A stretch of DNA of 64,000 bases from an uncultured delta proteobacterium (lineage in GTDB: Bacteria; Desulfobacterota; Binatia; Binatales; Binataceae): NCBI GenBank assembly GCA_963842085.1, contig CAWJET010000002.1:960001-1024000 (forward strand). The letters are read 5' to 3'. The notes beneath the pieces were generated by a model. It saw nothing but the letters and a program-made list of their open reading frames with translations. It was not told where the DNA came from and did not search any database. Shown here piece after piece: positions 8,461-17,009 of the stretch (position 1 is the stretch's first letter; the number at the start of each line of letters is the position of its first letter). The position numbers were made by a program, and so were the translations under genes.

Positions 8461-8916
8461 CTAAGCGCCGGCGATCAGCTCGAAGACCGGAGTGCGCGGC
8501 GCGGCGGCGCGAAACGCGTCGGCGGGCGAGCCGGCGGGGATCTCGAAGAAACGCTGAACCTGGGAGGCGAAGCGATCGAGGAACGCTTTGATAATCTCGG
8601 GCTTGTCCGCGTCGGCCGGCTCGCGCACCATCAACGATTCCGACCTGGCGCCGCGCCGCAACACGACATGACCGGCCGCGCGAGCGTTGCGGGCCCATGC
8701 GGTCTCGCCTCGCGCGGCAACCAGCCATCGTCGTCCCTGGAACTCGAGCACGTTGACGGGGGTAGTGAAGGTCCTGCCCGATTTTCTGCCCCGCACTTCG
8801 AGCAACCGCATGTATCCGGGCGCAAATCCGAGCGTAAGCGCCCGCCCCATCAAGCGGTTGAAGAATCGATCGAGGGTGCTTTCCTTCTGAAAAGTCTCGG
8901 GCACGATGGTGAGCAT
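8461..8916 (-). CDS. Deazaflavin (F420)-dependent nitroreductase-family (DDN-like) protein
   Basis: LLEVRGRKSGRTFTTPV, WARNARAAG and PVFEL signatures of the split-barrel FDOR-A family. Confidence 0.8.
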   Translation of the reverse strand: MLTIVPETFQKESTLDRFFNRLMGRALTLGFAPGYMRLLEVRGRKSGRTFTTPVNVLEFQGRRWLVAARGETAWARNARAAGHVVLRRGARSESLMVREPADADKPEIIKAFLDRFASQVQRFFEIPAGSPADAFRAAAPRTPVFELIAGA

Positions 8917-8947
8917 ATATAAGGATGCGCCGGGTCGAAACCCTGGC

Positions 8948-8976
8948 TTGACAAATGAACGTTCATTCAATACAAA
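8948..8976 (+). promoter_or_regulatory. Promoter with putative TetR operator
   Basis: TTGACA (8948-8953), 17 bp, TACAAA; the spacer holds the perfect palindrome aatgaacgttcatt (8954-8967) between divergent genes. Confidence 0.7.
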
Positions 8977-9024
8977 TCGCGGTCAGGAAGCGGTGCTTCA
9001 GCGCCGCATCCATTCATCACAACA

Positions 9025-9687
9025 ATGCCACGAGCCGTCGAAGCTATCCGCGCACAGCCGCAGGACGAGACTTTAGTCAAAGCGCGGCGGCGGCAAATTT
9101 TTCTGGCAGCCTGCCGCGTGCTGGCGCGCAAGTCGTTTCATGAGGCTTCGGTCAAGGAGCTTGCGCTCGAGGCCGGGCTCGCGGCCGGCTCGATCTATCT
9201 CTATCTCGACAGCAAGGACGAGATTATTCCGCTGATCGGCGAGTCAATGGTCGCGGAGCTGGTCGAGATGCTGCCGGCGATTCGCGAGCGCACCGGCGGC
9301 GACCCGCGGCGCGAACTGATCGACGTGATGCGCGCGATACTCGACGTTATCGATCGTTATCGCGAGGCCTTCAACGTGCTCCATCACGAGGCCCGTTACC
9401 TCGAGCGCCGCCCGCAGTATCGCGCCGCGATGAAGAAGATAGGCGGCGACTACCTGGGCACGGTGGCCGAAATTCTCGAGCGCGGCCGGCGCATCGGGGT
9501 GATTCATTTCGAGGATTCGCGCAGCGCCGTTCACGCGATTCACATGCTGTGCGCGGGGTGGGCGATGGGCGCGAACAATCTCAAGGGCACGGACAAGGAG
9601 ACTTACTGGCGCGAAATTGCGGCGCTGGTCGAAGGCCGCTTCTTCGCGTCCGTTAATGGAGCAGGCACTGCGAGCGCGACTCGCTGA
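9025..9687 (+). CDS. TetR/AcrR family transcriptional regulator
   Basis: RRRQIFLAA..KSFHEASVKELALEAGLAAGSIYLYLDSKDEI HTH. Confidence 0.92.
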   Translation: MPRAVEAIRAQPQDETLVKARRRQIFLAACRVLARKSFHEASVKELALEAGLAAGSIYLYLDSKDEIIPLIGESMVAELVEMLPAIRERTGGDPRRELIDVMRAILDVIDRYREAFNVLHHEARYLERRPQYRAAMKKIGGDYLGTVAEILERGRRIGVIHFEDSRSAVHAIHMLCAGWAMGANNLKGTDKETYWREIAALVEGRFFASVNGAGTASATR

Positions 9688-9717
9688 CACGGCGCGGTTA
9701 TCACGAGGAGTTACCAG

Positions 9718-10338
9718 ATGGCACTTTACGACAGGCGAACTCTCGACGGCGTTTACAGCGTCCGCCAGAGCGTCATCTACATCCAGAATTATCGCTACGC
9801 CGAAGAGCGCATGATGCGCATGATGGCCGGATGGATCGCGCTGACGCCCGAGCTCGCGGTCAAGCTCGAAATGGCCAAGCAGGTGTACGAGGACGCGCTG
9901 CATACCGACGCGCTGGGCAAGCGCCTGCCCGAACTTCGCGCGCAGCCGCAGATTTCCAAGCCGCCTAACGACGCCTTCGTCACGTTCATGAACGCGATCG
10001 AGGACAAGGAGCAATGGGACGACACGATCGAGCGGCTGGTCGGAATCTACCGCGTGCTGAAGCCGCACCTGATTTCGCACTACAGCTCGCATCTGACCGC
10101 GATGAATCCCGTATATGAGCCCCCTACCCTTCGGATCCTGCAGCGGCTGGTCGAGGAGGAGAAGGCGCACGTCGAGCGCGGCAGCGTGCTGCTCGATGAA
10201 CTGCTCGACTCGAAGGAAAAGCATCTGCGCGCCGCGAATTGGCAGTCGCATCTCGAAGAGTTGCTAGGCGCGTCTGGCGGAGTGACGGGATTTGAATCCG
10301 ACGAGCCGGCGCCGCGCAGGAAGGTCGGACGCAGCTAA
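9718..10338 (+). CDS. Ferritin-like domain protein with non-canonical metal ligands
   Basis: Four-helix pattern YAEE, LEMAKQVYEDALH, RLVGIYRVLKP, LVEEEKAH; aligns by eye with the downstream DUF455-like proteins; RBS aggag. Confidence 0.75.
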   Translation: MALYDRRTLDGVYSVRQSVIYIQNYRYAEERMMRMMAGWIALTPELAVKLEMAKQVYEDALHTDALGKRLPELRAQPQISKPPNDAFVTFMNAIEDKEQWDDTIERLVGIYRVLKPHLISHYSSHLTAMNPVYEPPTLRILQRLVEEEKAHVERGSVLLDELLDSKEKHLRAANWQSHLEELLGASGGVTGFESDEPAPRRKVGRS

Positions 10339-10339
10339 G

Positions 10340-10735
10340 ATGATTCACGTAGATAAAATCGACGATCTGCGCGAGGCGATCGCGGCGCATGCGGCAGCGC
10401 TCGGGGCAGGCGACAGCGCCAGGGCCGAAGCGTTCGCGCTTCCGCAAGCGCTCGAAACGCATCGGCAAGCGGCGGCGGAGATTGCGCGAATCCCGCAGCC
10501 GGTCAAAGTCGAGGTGCTGGCGCTGGCGAAGGTCGGCTTCCAGTACATCTCGAAACTCAGATTCACGGGCGCCGGCGCGATGCGCCGCGTGCTGTACCGA
10601 TGGCGCAAGGAGCCCGACGGCAAATGGCTGATCGTCAGCGTCGAGGACACCACCGGCAAACGCTCGCCGTGGAGCGACATTCCCGATCTGGCGGCCGCGG
10701 CTGCGCAAGCTCGCGCGGGGAACGGCAATGCCTGA
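10340..10735 (+). CDS. Small hypothetical protein A (NTF2/cystatin-like alpha+beta pattern)
   Basis: ATG 1 nt after the upstream stop; helices then alternating beta strands ending DGKWLIVSVEDTTGKRSPW. Confidence 0.7.
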   Translation: MIHVDKIDDLREAIAAHAAALGAGDSARAEAFALPQALETHRQAAAEIARIPQPVKVEVLALAKVGFQYISKLRFTGAGAMRRVLYRWRKEPDGKWLIVSVEDTTGKRSPWSDIPDLAAAAAQARAGNGNA

Positions 10736-11114
10736 TCTCGGAGAACGCGGCAATGTGATGGGCCCGCAGCCGATCGCTCCGATCGTCGAGCCGCCGGCCG
10801 CGATGTTCACGGCGGCCGACCGTCTGCTGAACGCGCTGGTGCGCGGCGACCATGCGACGATCGAAGAGATGACGCCGGCGCACGTGCGCGACGAGATGAT
10901 GCAGATCGTCAAGGCGATTCCGCCAAACAAGTATGATAAGTTCGAGGTGATTGGACGCGCGCGCGTCTCGCGTCATTATTTTTTGAAAGCGCGACTCACG
11001 GGCGCCAATGCCGAACCGTTCAAGCTTCAGTTTCGGCTCGGCGAGACCGATGGCAAGTGGACCGTTCGCGAAGCGTTGAACCTGACCGGACGCCGGTCAG
11101 CGTGGACCAAGTGA
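10728..11114 (+). CDS. Small hypothetical protein B, paralog of A
   Basis: Overlaps the stop of A; ends DGKWTVREALNLTGRRSAW. Confidence 0.75.
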   Translation: MPDLGERGNVMGPQPIAPIVEPPAAMFTAADRLLNALVRGDHATIEEMTPAHVRDEMMQIVKAIPPNKYDKFEVIGRARVSRHYFLKARLTGANAEPFKLQFRLGETDGKWTVREALNLTGRRSAWTK

Positions 11115-11127
11115 AGGAGCAAGCTCG

Positions 11128-11928
11128 ATGCAAAGAATGATTCCCGTCGACAAGCTGGCGCGTCCCGAGGACCATATTCTGCTGCCCGCCAATCGGACGC
11201 GAAACGCCCGCGCTGAACAGGGACTGTCGCCCGGCAATGCGATGCCGTACGAGGATGACTTCCTGAAGTCGCGCATGCACGGCATCTGCGGCGGCGAATT
11301 CCAGGCGATGGAAGCGGCCGGCCGCACGCTCTACGACTTTCCCGACGCGCCGTGGGAGTTCCAGCTCGACATGGCGCGCCAGGTCTGGGACGAATCGCGC
11401 CACGCCGAGATCTACATGAAGCTGCTCGAATACGTCGGCTCCTACTACGGCGAATTCCCCGAAGGCGAAGTGCTGTGGTCATGCACGCAGGCCGAGGATC
11501 CGGCGGCGCGTGTCGCGGGAATCAACCGCGGGCTCGAGGGACTGGCGTGCGACGTCTTCGAGCAACTCATCCGTATTGCGCAGAAAATGGGCGACAAGAT
11601 TATCGAACGCTCGGTGGATTACGTGCTGGCCGACGAGATCACTCACGTGCGCATGGGATCGCAGTGGATGCGCAAGCTCACCGAGGGCGACCCCGAGCGC
11701 TTCAAGCGCGCGCAGGAATTCCAGGATCGGATCGACGAGCTGTTCAACTTCGGCCCCGGCCGCAAACACGTCGAAGATGCCGATCACGTCAAGCAGCGCA
11801 TCAACGACAAGGAAATCGAGATTGACTCGGGCATCACGATCGCGCGCGAGGCGCGGCTGCTGGCCGGCTTCACCGAAGAGGAGATCGATCGGCTGGTGAA
11901 GGGCTTCGGCAAGAGCGCGGCGTACTGA
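11128..11928 (+). CDS. Ferritin-like diiron protein (DUF455-type), copy 1
   Basis: HGICGGEFQA, VWDESRH, NRGLEGLACD and LADEITHVRMG give E..ExxH..E..ExxH. Confidence 0.85.
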   Translation: MQRMIPVDKLARPEDHILLPANRTRNARAEQGLSPGNAMPYEDDFLKSRMHGICGGEFQAMEAAGRTLYDFPDAPWEFQLDMARQVWDESRHAEIYMKLLEYVGSYYGEFPEGEVLWSCTQAEDPAARVAGINRGLEGLACDVFEQLIRIAQKMGDKIIERSVDYVLADEITHVRMGSQWMRKLTEGDPERFKRAQEFQDRIDELFNFGPGRKHVEDADHVKQRINDKEIEIDSGITIAREARLLAGFTEEEIDRLVKGFGKSAAY

Positions 11929-11949
11929 TCGTTCGCAAAGGAATTCGTC

Positions 11950-12720
11950 ATGGAAAAATGCATCCCGGTTGACCGTCTCGCGCGTCCCGACAATTGGGTG
12001 GTGCTGCGCAGCCGCCAAGTCCGCGAAATTCGCGAGGAGCAGGGTCTCGAGGCCGGCCGCCCGATGCCGTTCGACGAAGAGACGTTGCGCGCGCGCTTGC
12101 ACGGCATCTACACCGGCGAGTTGCAGGCGATGGAGGCGGCGGGCCGCACGCTGTTCGATTTTCCGGACGCGCCGTGGGAGTTCCAGCTCGACATGGCGCG
12201 GCAGGTGTGGGACGAAGCGCGTCACAGCGAGATTTTCCAGCGGCTCATCGAGTACATGGGCGCGCATCCCGGGGATTATGTCGAGACGGAAATTCTGTGG
12301 CGATGCACGCAGGCGATGGACCCGGCGGCGCGCGTCGCGGGCATCAACCGCGGCCTCGAGGGCCTGGCGTGCGACGTCTTCGATCAGCTCATTCGCATCG
12401 CGCAGCGCAACGGCGACGAAGTGATCGAGCGCTCGGTGGACTACGTGCTCGCCGACGAGATCACGCACGTCCGGATGGGCTCGAAGTGGATGCGCAAGCT
12501 GACCGAGGGCGACCCGGAGCGGCTGGCCAAGGCGCAGGCGTTCCAGGACATGGTTGACGAGGTGTTCAACTTCCGCGGCGGCCGCCTGGCGCAGGAAGAT
12601 ATCGAGAATGACGACGGGCAAGTCGTTGCGATCGCGAAAGAGGCGCGCATGCTCGCCGGATTCACCGAAGAAGAGATCCAGCGGCTGATCAACTCTGCGC
12701 GCAAAAGCGCCGCGTACTAG
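11950..12720 (+). CDS. Ferritin-like diiron protein (DUF455-type), copy 2
   Basis: HGIYTGELQA, VWDEARH, NRGLEGLACD and LADEITHVRMG; long identical blocks with copy 1. Confidence 0.85.
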   Translation: MEKCIPVDRLARPDNWVVLRSRQVREIREEQGLEAGRPMPFDEETLRARLHGIYTGELQAMEAAGRTLFDFPDAPWEFQLDMARQVWDEARHSEIFQRLIEYMGAHPGDYVETEILWRCTQAMDPAARVAGINRGLEGLACDVFDQLIRIAQRNGDEVIERSVDYVLADEITHVRMGSKWMRKLTEGDPERLAKAQAFQDMVDEVFNFRGGRLAQEDIENDDGQVVAIAKEARMLAGFTEEEIQRLINSARKSAAY

Positions 12721-12810
12721 CGGCCAGTAAATCAAAAGCGGCCGTAAGGTATCGCGCCAATCGGGATGCCTGGAACAAACCTCTGACTGCGCGCGGAGTC
12801 GACCGGCAAA

Positions 12811-14121
12811 ATGGCCAATCGGCGGGTAGTCGTGGTGGGAGCGGGGATCGCGGGACTTAGCGCCGCGCTGCGGCTGCGCCAGACGGGCGCCGAGGTCACA
12901 GTATTCGAATCGAGCGACCGCGTCGGCGGCCGCACGAGTTCAGAGACCCACGACGGCTACCTGTACGAGCGCGGGACGCAATTTTTCACGACCACCTATC
13001 GCAACGCATTGGGGCTCATCAAGGAGATGGGCCTCCAGGCCGAGCTTAGACAGACCAGTCCGTGGATTACGCTATTCAACGGCGGGCGGCCGCGCCGGAT
13101 GCCGTCCGGGATGCTGTTTGCCGTGTACGCGGTGACTAGCGGGCTGCTGACGGTGCGCGACCTCGTTCGATTCACCTGGCATACGACGAGCTTGCGATGG
13201 CCCCCGGTCGACGACTACTCGGCGTGGGCGAAGTTCGACGACGAGGACGCCGCGCGATGGAGCGCGCCGCGCCTGGGCCGGGGAGCGGAGTACCTGCTCG
13301 AACCGGTGCTCGCGGGCGGCGCGATGCAGCGGATAGAGGAGACTTCGCGTGCGTGCGCGCTGGCAATCCTGGCGGTGACCGCCAACGGCCGGAGCAAGGA
13401 TATGACGCTCGCGCACGGCAACGACTCGCTGCCGCGCGCGATGGCGGAGCGGGTCAACGTCAAGCTCGAAGCGCCGGTTCAGGCAGTCGAAGCGACGCCC
13501 GACGGCGTGACGGTGCGACTGTCCGGAGAGACGGTTAGCGCCGACGCGGTGGTGCTGGCAACCACGTCGTCAGCCGCGGCGAAAATCTATCACGGCGGCG
13601 ACCGGCTCGAACGCGAGCTCATGGCAACTACCTATGGATCGGTGATCAAGGTCGGCCTGGCGACCAGGCGCGACTGGTCGGACGATGCGGGGCTCGCCAA
13701 TGTGTGGGCGATGATGATCCCGCGCGGCGAGCGGCAGCAAATCGTCTCGGTCACGATCGAATCGGCCAAGGACCCCAAGCGGGTGCCCAAAGGCGCCGAG
13801 ATGCTCAACCTGTTTGTCACGCCGGACAACGCCGAGCGGATGATGGATTGGCCGGACGAACAGGTGGTGAGCGCGGTCGCGCCGGACGTCGAGCGACTGT
13901 TCCCCGGGGCAATCGCCGGGAAGCAGTTCGTGCGGCTGGTCCGCTGGCGCGAGGGGATGCCGAAGTCTCCGGTCGGGCGCGCGCGGGCGCTCGAAGAGTA
14001 CCGCCGCACACGGCCGCGCGACAGCAGGGTATTGCTGGCAGGCGATTACATGGGGATGCCGTATCTTGAATCGGCGATCGAAACCGGCTTCTGGTCGGCG
14101 AGCCGGATCATACAAGGTTGA
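12811..14121 (+). CDS. FAD-dependent oxidoreductase (HemY/amine oxidase family)
   Basis: VVVGAGIAGLSAA..FESSDRVGGR dinucleotide motif; C-terminal LAGDY..LESAIETG. Confidence 0.85.
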   Translation: MANRRVVVVGAGIAGLSAALRLRQTGAEVTVFESSDRVGGRTSSETHDGYLYERGTQFFTTTYRNALGLIKEMGLQAELRQTSPWITLFNGGRPRRMPSGMLFAVYAVTSGLLTVRDLVRFTWHTTSLRWPPVDDYSAWAKFDDEDAARWSAPRLGRGAEYLLEPVLAGGAMQRIEETSRACALAILAVTANGRSKDMTLAHGNDSLPRAMAERVNVKLEAPVQAVEATPDGVTVRLSGETVSADAVVLATTSSAAAKIYHGGDRLERELMATTYGSVIKVGLATRRDWSDDAGLANVWAMMIPRGERQQIVSVTIESAKDPKRVPKGAEMLNLFVTPDNAERMMDWPDEQVVSAVAPDVERLFPGAIAGKQFVRLVRWREGMPKSPVGRARALEEYRRTRPRDSRVLLAGDYMGMPYLESAIETGFWSASRIIQG

Positions 14122-14338
14122 CCGCAACGCGGTCCGCGCGGCGTCACGGGGCCTTCGGCAAATTTCAATCCGACGCCTGCTCCCTGCTCGATGCCCTAAA
14201 GAATTGCTTATAATCGTCCCCTTGATTCTTCTAATCGCCTAATCTAGATATTACGATCCCGTGCCTATCGGGGTTGCATTTTGGCATTTCCGTTAAACAG
14301 GAGTTACGTTTCGTAAGGACCGACGTGGAGCGCATGAA

Positions 14339-16159
14339 GTGACGCCCGAACCCAACTCAAACGCAAACACTTCGTCCACCAGCAGCCGCGCGTTGCGCGA
14401 TTGGGTCAACGAAGTCGCCGCGCTCACGAAGCCCGACGCGCTAGTCTGGTGTGACGGTTCCGAAGCGGAGAAAAATCGACTCACCAAACAGGCGGTCGCC
14501 GCAGGAATTCTCATCGAGCTCAACCAGGCCAAGCGGCCCGGCTGCTATCTGCATCGCTCGAATCCCAACGACGTTGCGCGCACCGAACAACTGACCTTCG
14601 TCTGCACCCCGAACAAAATCGACGCCGGCCCGACCAACAACTGGTCCGCTCCCGCCGAGACTTACGCCAAGCTGCGCGGATGGCTCGACGGCTCGATGCG
14701 CGGGCGCACGATGTACGTGGTGCCGTACGTGATGGGCCCGCTCGGGTCGCCGTTCTCGAAGGTCGGCATCGAGCTCACCGACAGCCTCTACGTCGTGCTC
14801 AACATGCGAATCATGACGCGGATGGGTCAGGCCGCACTCGATCAGCTTGGCGACTCCGACAATTTCAATCGGGGAATTCATTGCACGCTCGATCTGAATC
14901 CCGAGCGCCGCCTGATCTGCCACTTTCCGCAAGACAACACTGTCATCTCGGTCGGCAGCGGCTACGGCGGCAATGCTCTGCTCAGCAAGAAATGTTTCGC
15001 GCTTCGAATCGCCAGCGTGCTCGGCCGCGACGAGGGCTGGCTCGCCGAGCACATGCTGATCCTCGGCCTGCGGAGTCCCGAGGGTGAGACCACTTACGTC
15101 GCAGCCGCATTTCCCAGCGCATGCGGCAAGACCAATCTGGCGATGCTGACGCCGCCGGCCGAGTTCAAGGGCTGGAAAATCACTACCGTTGGCGACGATA
15201 TCGCGTGGATGCGCGTCGGGCCCGACGGCGGCCTGCGGGCGGTCAATCCGGAGAACGGCTATTTCGGCGTCGCGCCGGGAACCAGCGCAAAATCGAATCT
15301 CAACGCGATGAAGATGGTCGAGCACGATACGATTTTCACCAACGTCGCGATGACTGCCGACGGCGACGTGTGGTGGGAGAGCATGGACGTGCCCGCGCCC
15401 GACGGCCTGCTCGACTGGCAGGGGCGTCCCTGGAAACGCGACTCGCAGGACAAAGCCGCGCATCCCAACAGCCGCTTCACGACTCCGATGCGCAACAATC
15501 CCGCGTGGTCGCCGCAAGCCGACGACCCTCGCGGCGTGCCGATTTCGGCAATTATTTTCGGCGGGCGGCGCGCCTCGACGGTGCCGCTCGTGCTCGAATC
15601 GATGGACTGGATGCACGGCGTTTTCATGGGCGCCACGATGGGCTCCGAAACCACGGCGGCGGCTGCAGGAGCGGTCGGCGTGCTCAGGCGCGATCCGATG
15701 GCGATGCTGCCGTTCTGCGGTTACAACATGGGCGATTATTTCGCTCACTGGCTCCAGATGCGCAGCGCAATCAAGAAACCGCCGCGCATCTTCATGGTCA
15801 ACTGGTTCCGCAAGGACGCCGCCGGCAACTTCATCTGGCCCGGCTACGGCGAAAACCTGCGCGTGCTCAAGTGGATGCTCGATCGAATCCACGGGCGCGC
15901 CGGCGGCCGCGAGACGCCGGTCGGCATCGTTCCGCACGAGGCAGACCTCGATCTCAAGGGCCTCGATCTTCGCCAGAGCGCGGCGGGGGACGCACTCGCG
16001 GTAAATCCCGCCGAATGGAAGGCGGAACTCGAATCCGCCGGCGAGTTCTTCGAAAAGATCGGGCCGACGATGCCGAAGGAATTGAAAGACCGCCGCCAGG
16101 CGATCCTGAAGTCGCTCAACGGCGAAGCTCCGGCACAGCGAGCCGCCGCCGGGCGTTAG
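14339..16159 (+). CDS. pckG: Phosphoenolpyruvate carboxykinase (GTP)
   Basis: GSGYGGNALL, FPSACGKTNLAM, VGDDIAW, NPENGYFGVAPG, AHPNSRF and DPMAMLPFCGYNMGDY. Confidence 0.97.
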   Translation: MTPEPNSNANTSSTSSRALRDWVNEVAALTKPDALVWCDGSEAEKNRLTKQAVAAGILIELNQAKRPGCYLHRSNPNDVARTEQLTFVCTPNKIDAGPTNNWSAPAETYAKLRGWLDGSMRGRTMYVVPYVMGPLGSPFSKVGIELTDSLYVVLNMRIMTRMGQAALDQLGDSDNFNRGIHCTLDLNPERRLICHFPQDNTVISVGSGYGGNALLSKKCFALRIASVLGRDEGWLAEHMLILGLRSPEGETTYVAAAFPSACGKTNLAMLTPPAEFKGWKITTVGDDIAWMRVGPDGGLRAVNPENGYFGVAPGTSAKSNLNAMKMVEHDTIFTNVAMTADGDVWWESMDVPAPDGLLDWQGRPWKRDSQDKAAHPNSRFTTPMRNNPAWSPQADDPRGVPISAIIFGGRRASTVPLVLESMDWMHGVFMGATMGSETTAAAAGAVGVLRRDPMAMLPFCGYNMGDYFAHWLQMRSAIKKPPRIFMVNWFRKDAAGNFIWPGYGENLRVLKWMLDRIHGRAGGRETPVGIVPHEADLDLKGLDLRQSAAGDALAVNPAEWKAELESAGEFFEKIGPTMPKELKDRRQAILKSLNGEAPAQRAAAGR

Positions 16160-16173
16160 GCTGCCGAGCCGGT

Positions 16174-16599
16174 CTATTCGGCCGACCCGGCAGGCTCGAA
16201 CGGGTTCAAGCAGCGAACGCCGCTGCGCTCAATGTCCTTGAGGTTTCGTGTTACCAGGGTCAGGCCGTGAGCCTCGGCAGTCGCGGCCAGGAGAGAGTCA
16301 ACGACCGCCAGAGGCTCGCGCGCGTTTATACGACCCCAGATCTGCGCGACTCGCTCGTCGACCGGCAGCACTCTTTCGCTGAACAACGCCAAAAGTTCTT
16401 CCAGCCATCGCTCCAGCGAGGCTGCCCGTTCCCTACTTCGCGGACGCAACCGTTCGATTCCTTGTCGTATCTCCCCGACGACGAGAACGCTCAGGAAGAG
16501 TTCGTCGTCGCGGGTATCGCGATACCAGGCGGCTACGTGGCGATCGCAACGCCGGCCTTTGCCGACTTCCGAAATGATGTTCGTATCAATCAGGTACAT
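16174..16599 (-). CDS. vapC: VapC PIN-domain toxin
   Basis: YLIDTNIISE, GEIRQG, DSLLAATA and LVTRNLKD. Confidence 0.92.
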   Translation of the reverse strand: MYLIDTNIISEVGKGRRCDRHVAAWYRDTRDDELFLSVLVVGEIRQGIERLRPRSRERAASLERWLEELLALFSERVLPVDERVAQIWGRINAREPLAVVDSLLAATAEAHGLTLVTRNLKDIERSGVRCLNPFEPAGSAE

Positions 16600-16839
16600 T
16601 TAAAGTCGAATGATTCGCGCTTTTTGACGCGACCGTCGTATCTCGATACCATCCAGCGGCGCCGACGCGAGTAAGGCTTTGAAGGTTTTGCCCCCGCTGC
16701 GCAAACGCCGATATTGGTCGGCCCTAACAAGGACCGCCACGGCTTTGCCGTGGCGGGTGACCGTTTGCGGCCCTTCTCTCAGAGTTCGCTCGACCATTTC
16801 GCTGAAGCGCGCCTTGGCCTCTTGAACCTGCCATCTCAT
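16600..16839 (-). CDS. Phd/YefM family antitoxin
   Basis: WQVQEAKARFSEMV..EGPQTVTRHGKAVAVLV. Confidence 0.92.
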   Translation of the reverse strand: MRWQVQEAKARFSEMVERTLREGPQTVTRHGKAVAVLVRADQYRRLRSGGKTFKALLASAPLDGIEIRRSRQKARIIRL

Positions 16840-16843
16840 CGAA

Positions 16844-16876
16844 ATCAGTCTAGTCAGACTAGGCTGATAGAGTCAA
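16844..16876 (-). promoter_or_regulatory. phd-vapC promoter/operator
   Basis: TTGACT (16876-16871) and TAGACT (16852-16847); 12-1-12 inverted repeat atcagtctagtc-a-gactaggctgat with one mismatch. Confidence 0.65.
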
Positions 16877-16953
16877 CTGTTGGCGGGCTTTTGCGCTCGA
16901 ACCCTAGTCACCTGCTCTGAGGGCAAACGACCGCTTTGAGCAGGAAAGGATCC

Positions 16954-16986
16954 AAGAAACGGCGCGAGTCGTTACCGACTCGCGCC
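16954..16986 (-). terminator. Putative intrinsic terminator after ftsZ
   Basis: 11-bp stem ggcgcgagtcg/cgactcgcgcc with a 4-nt loop, followed by gtttctt on the minus strand. Confidence 0.65.
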
Positions 16987-17009
16987 CCAATCGTTTCTGT
17001 ATGTTTCCG

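Noticed and set aside
9718-12720. Assignment as sMMO/BMM, PaaABC, RNR beta or encapsulin cargo
   Set aside because: Subunits are too short and lack family signatures; no reductase, coupling protein, NrdA or encapsulin gene nearby
12811-14121. Calling the flavoprotein hemY
   Set aside because: Only the family-level fold is evident; no heme-pathway neighbours
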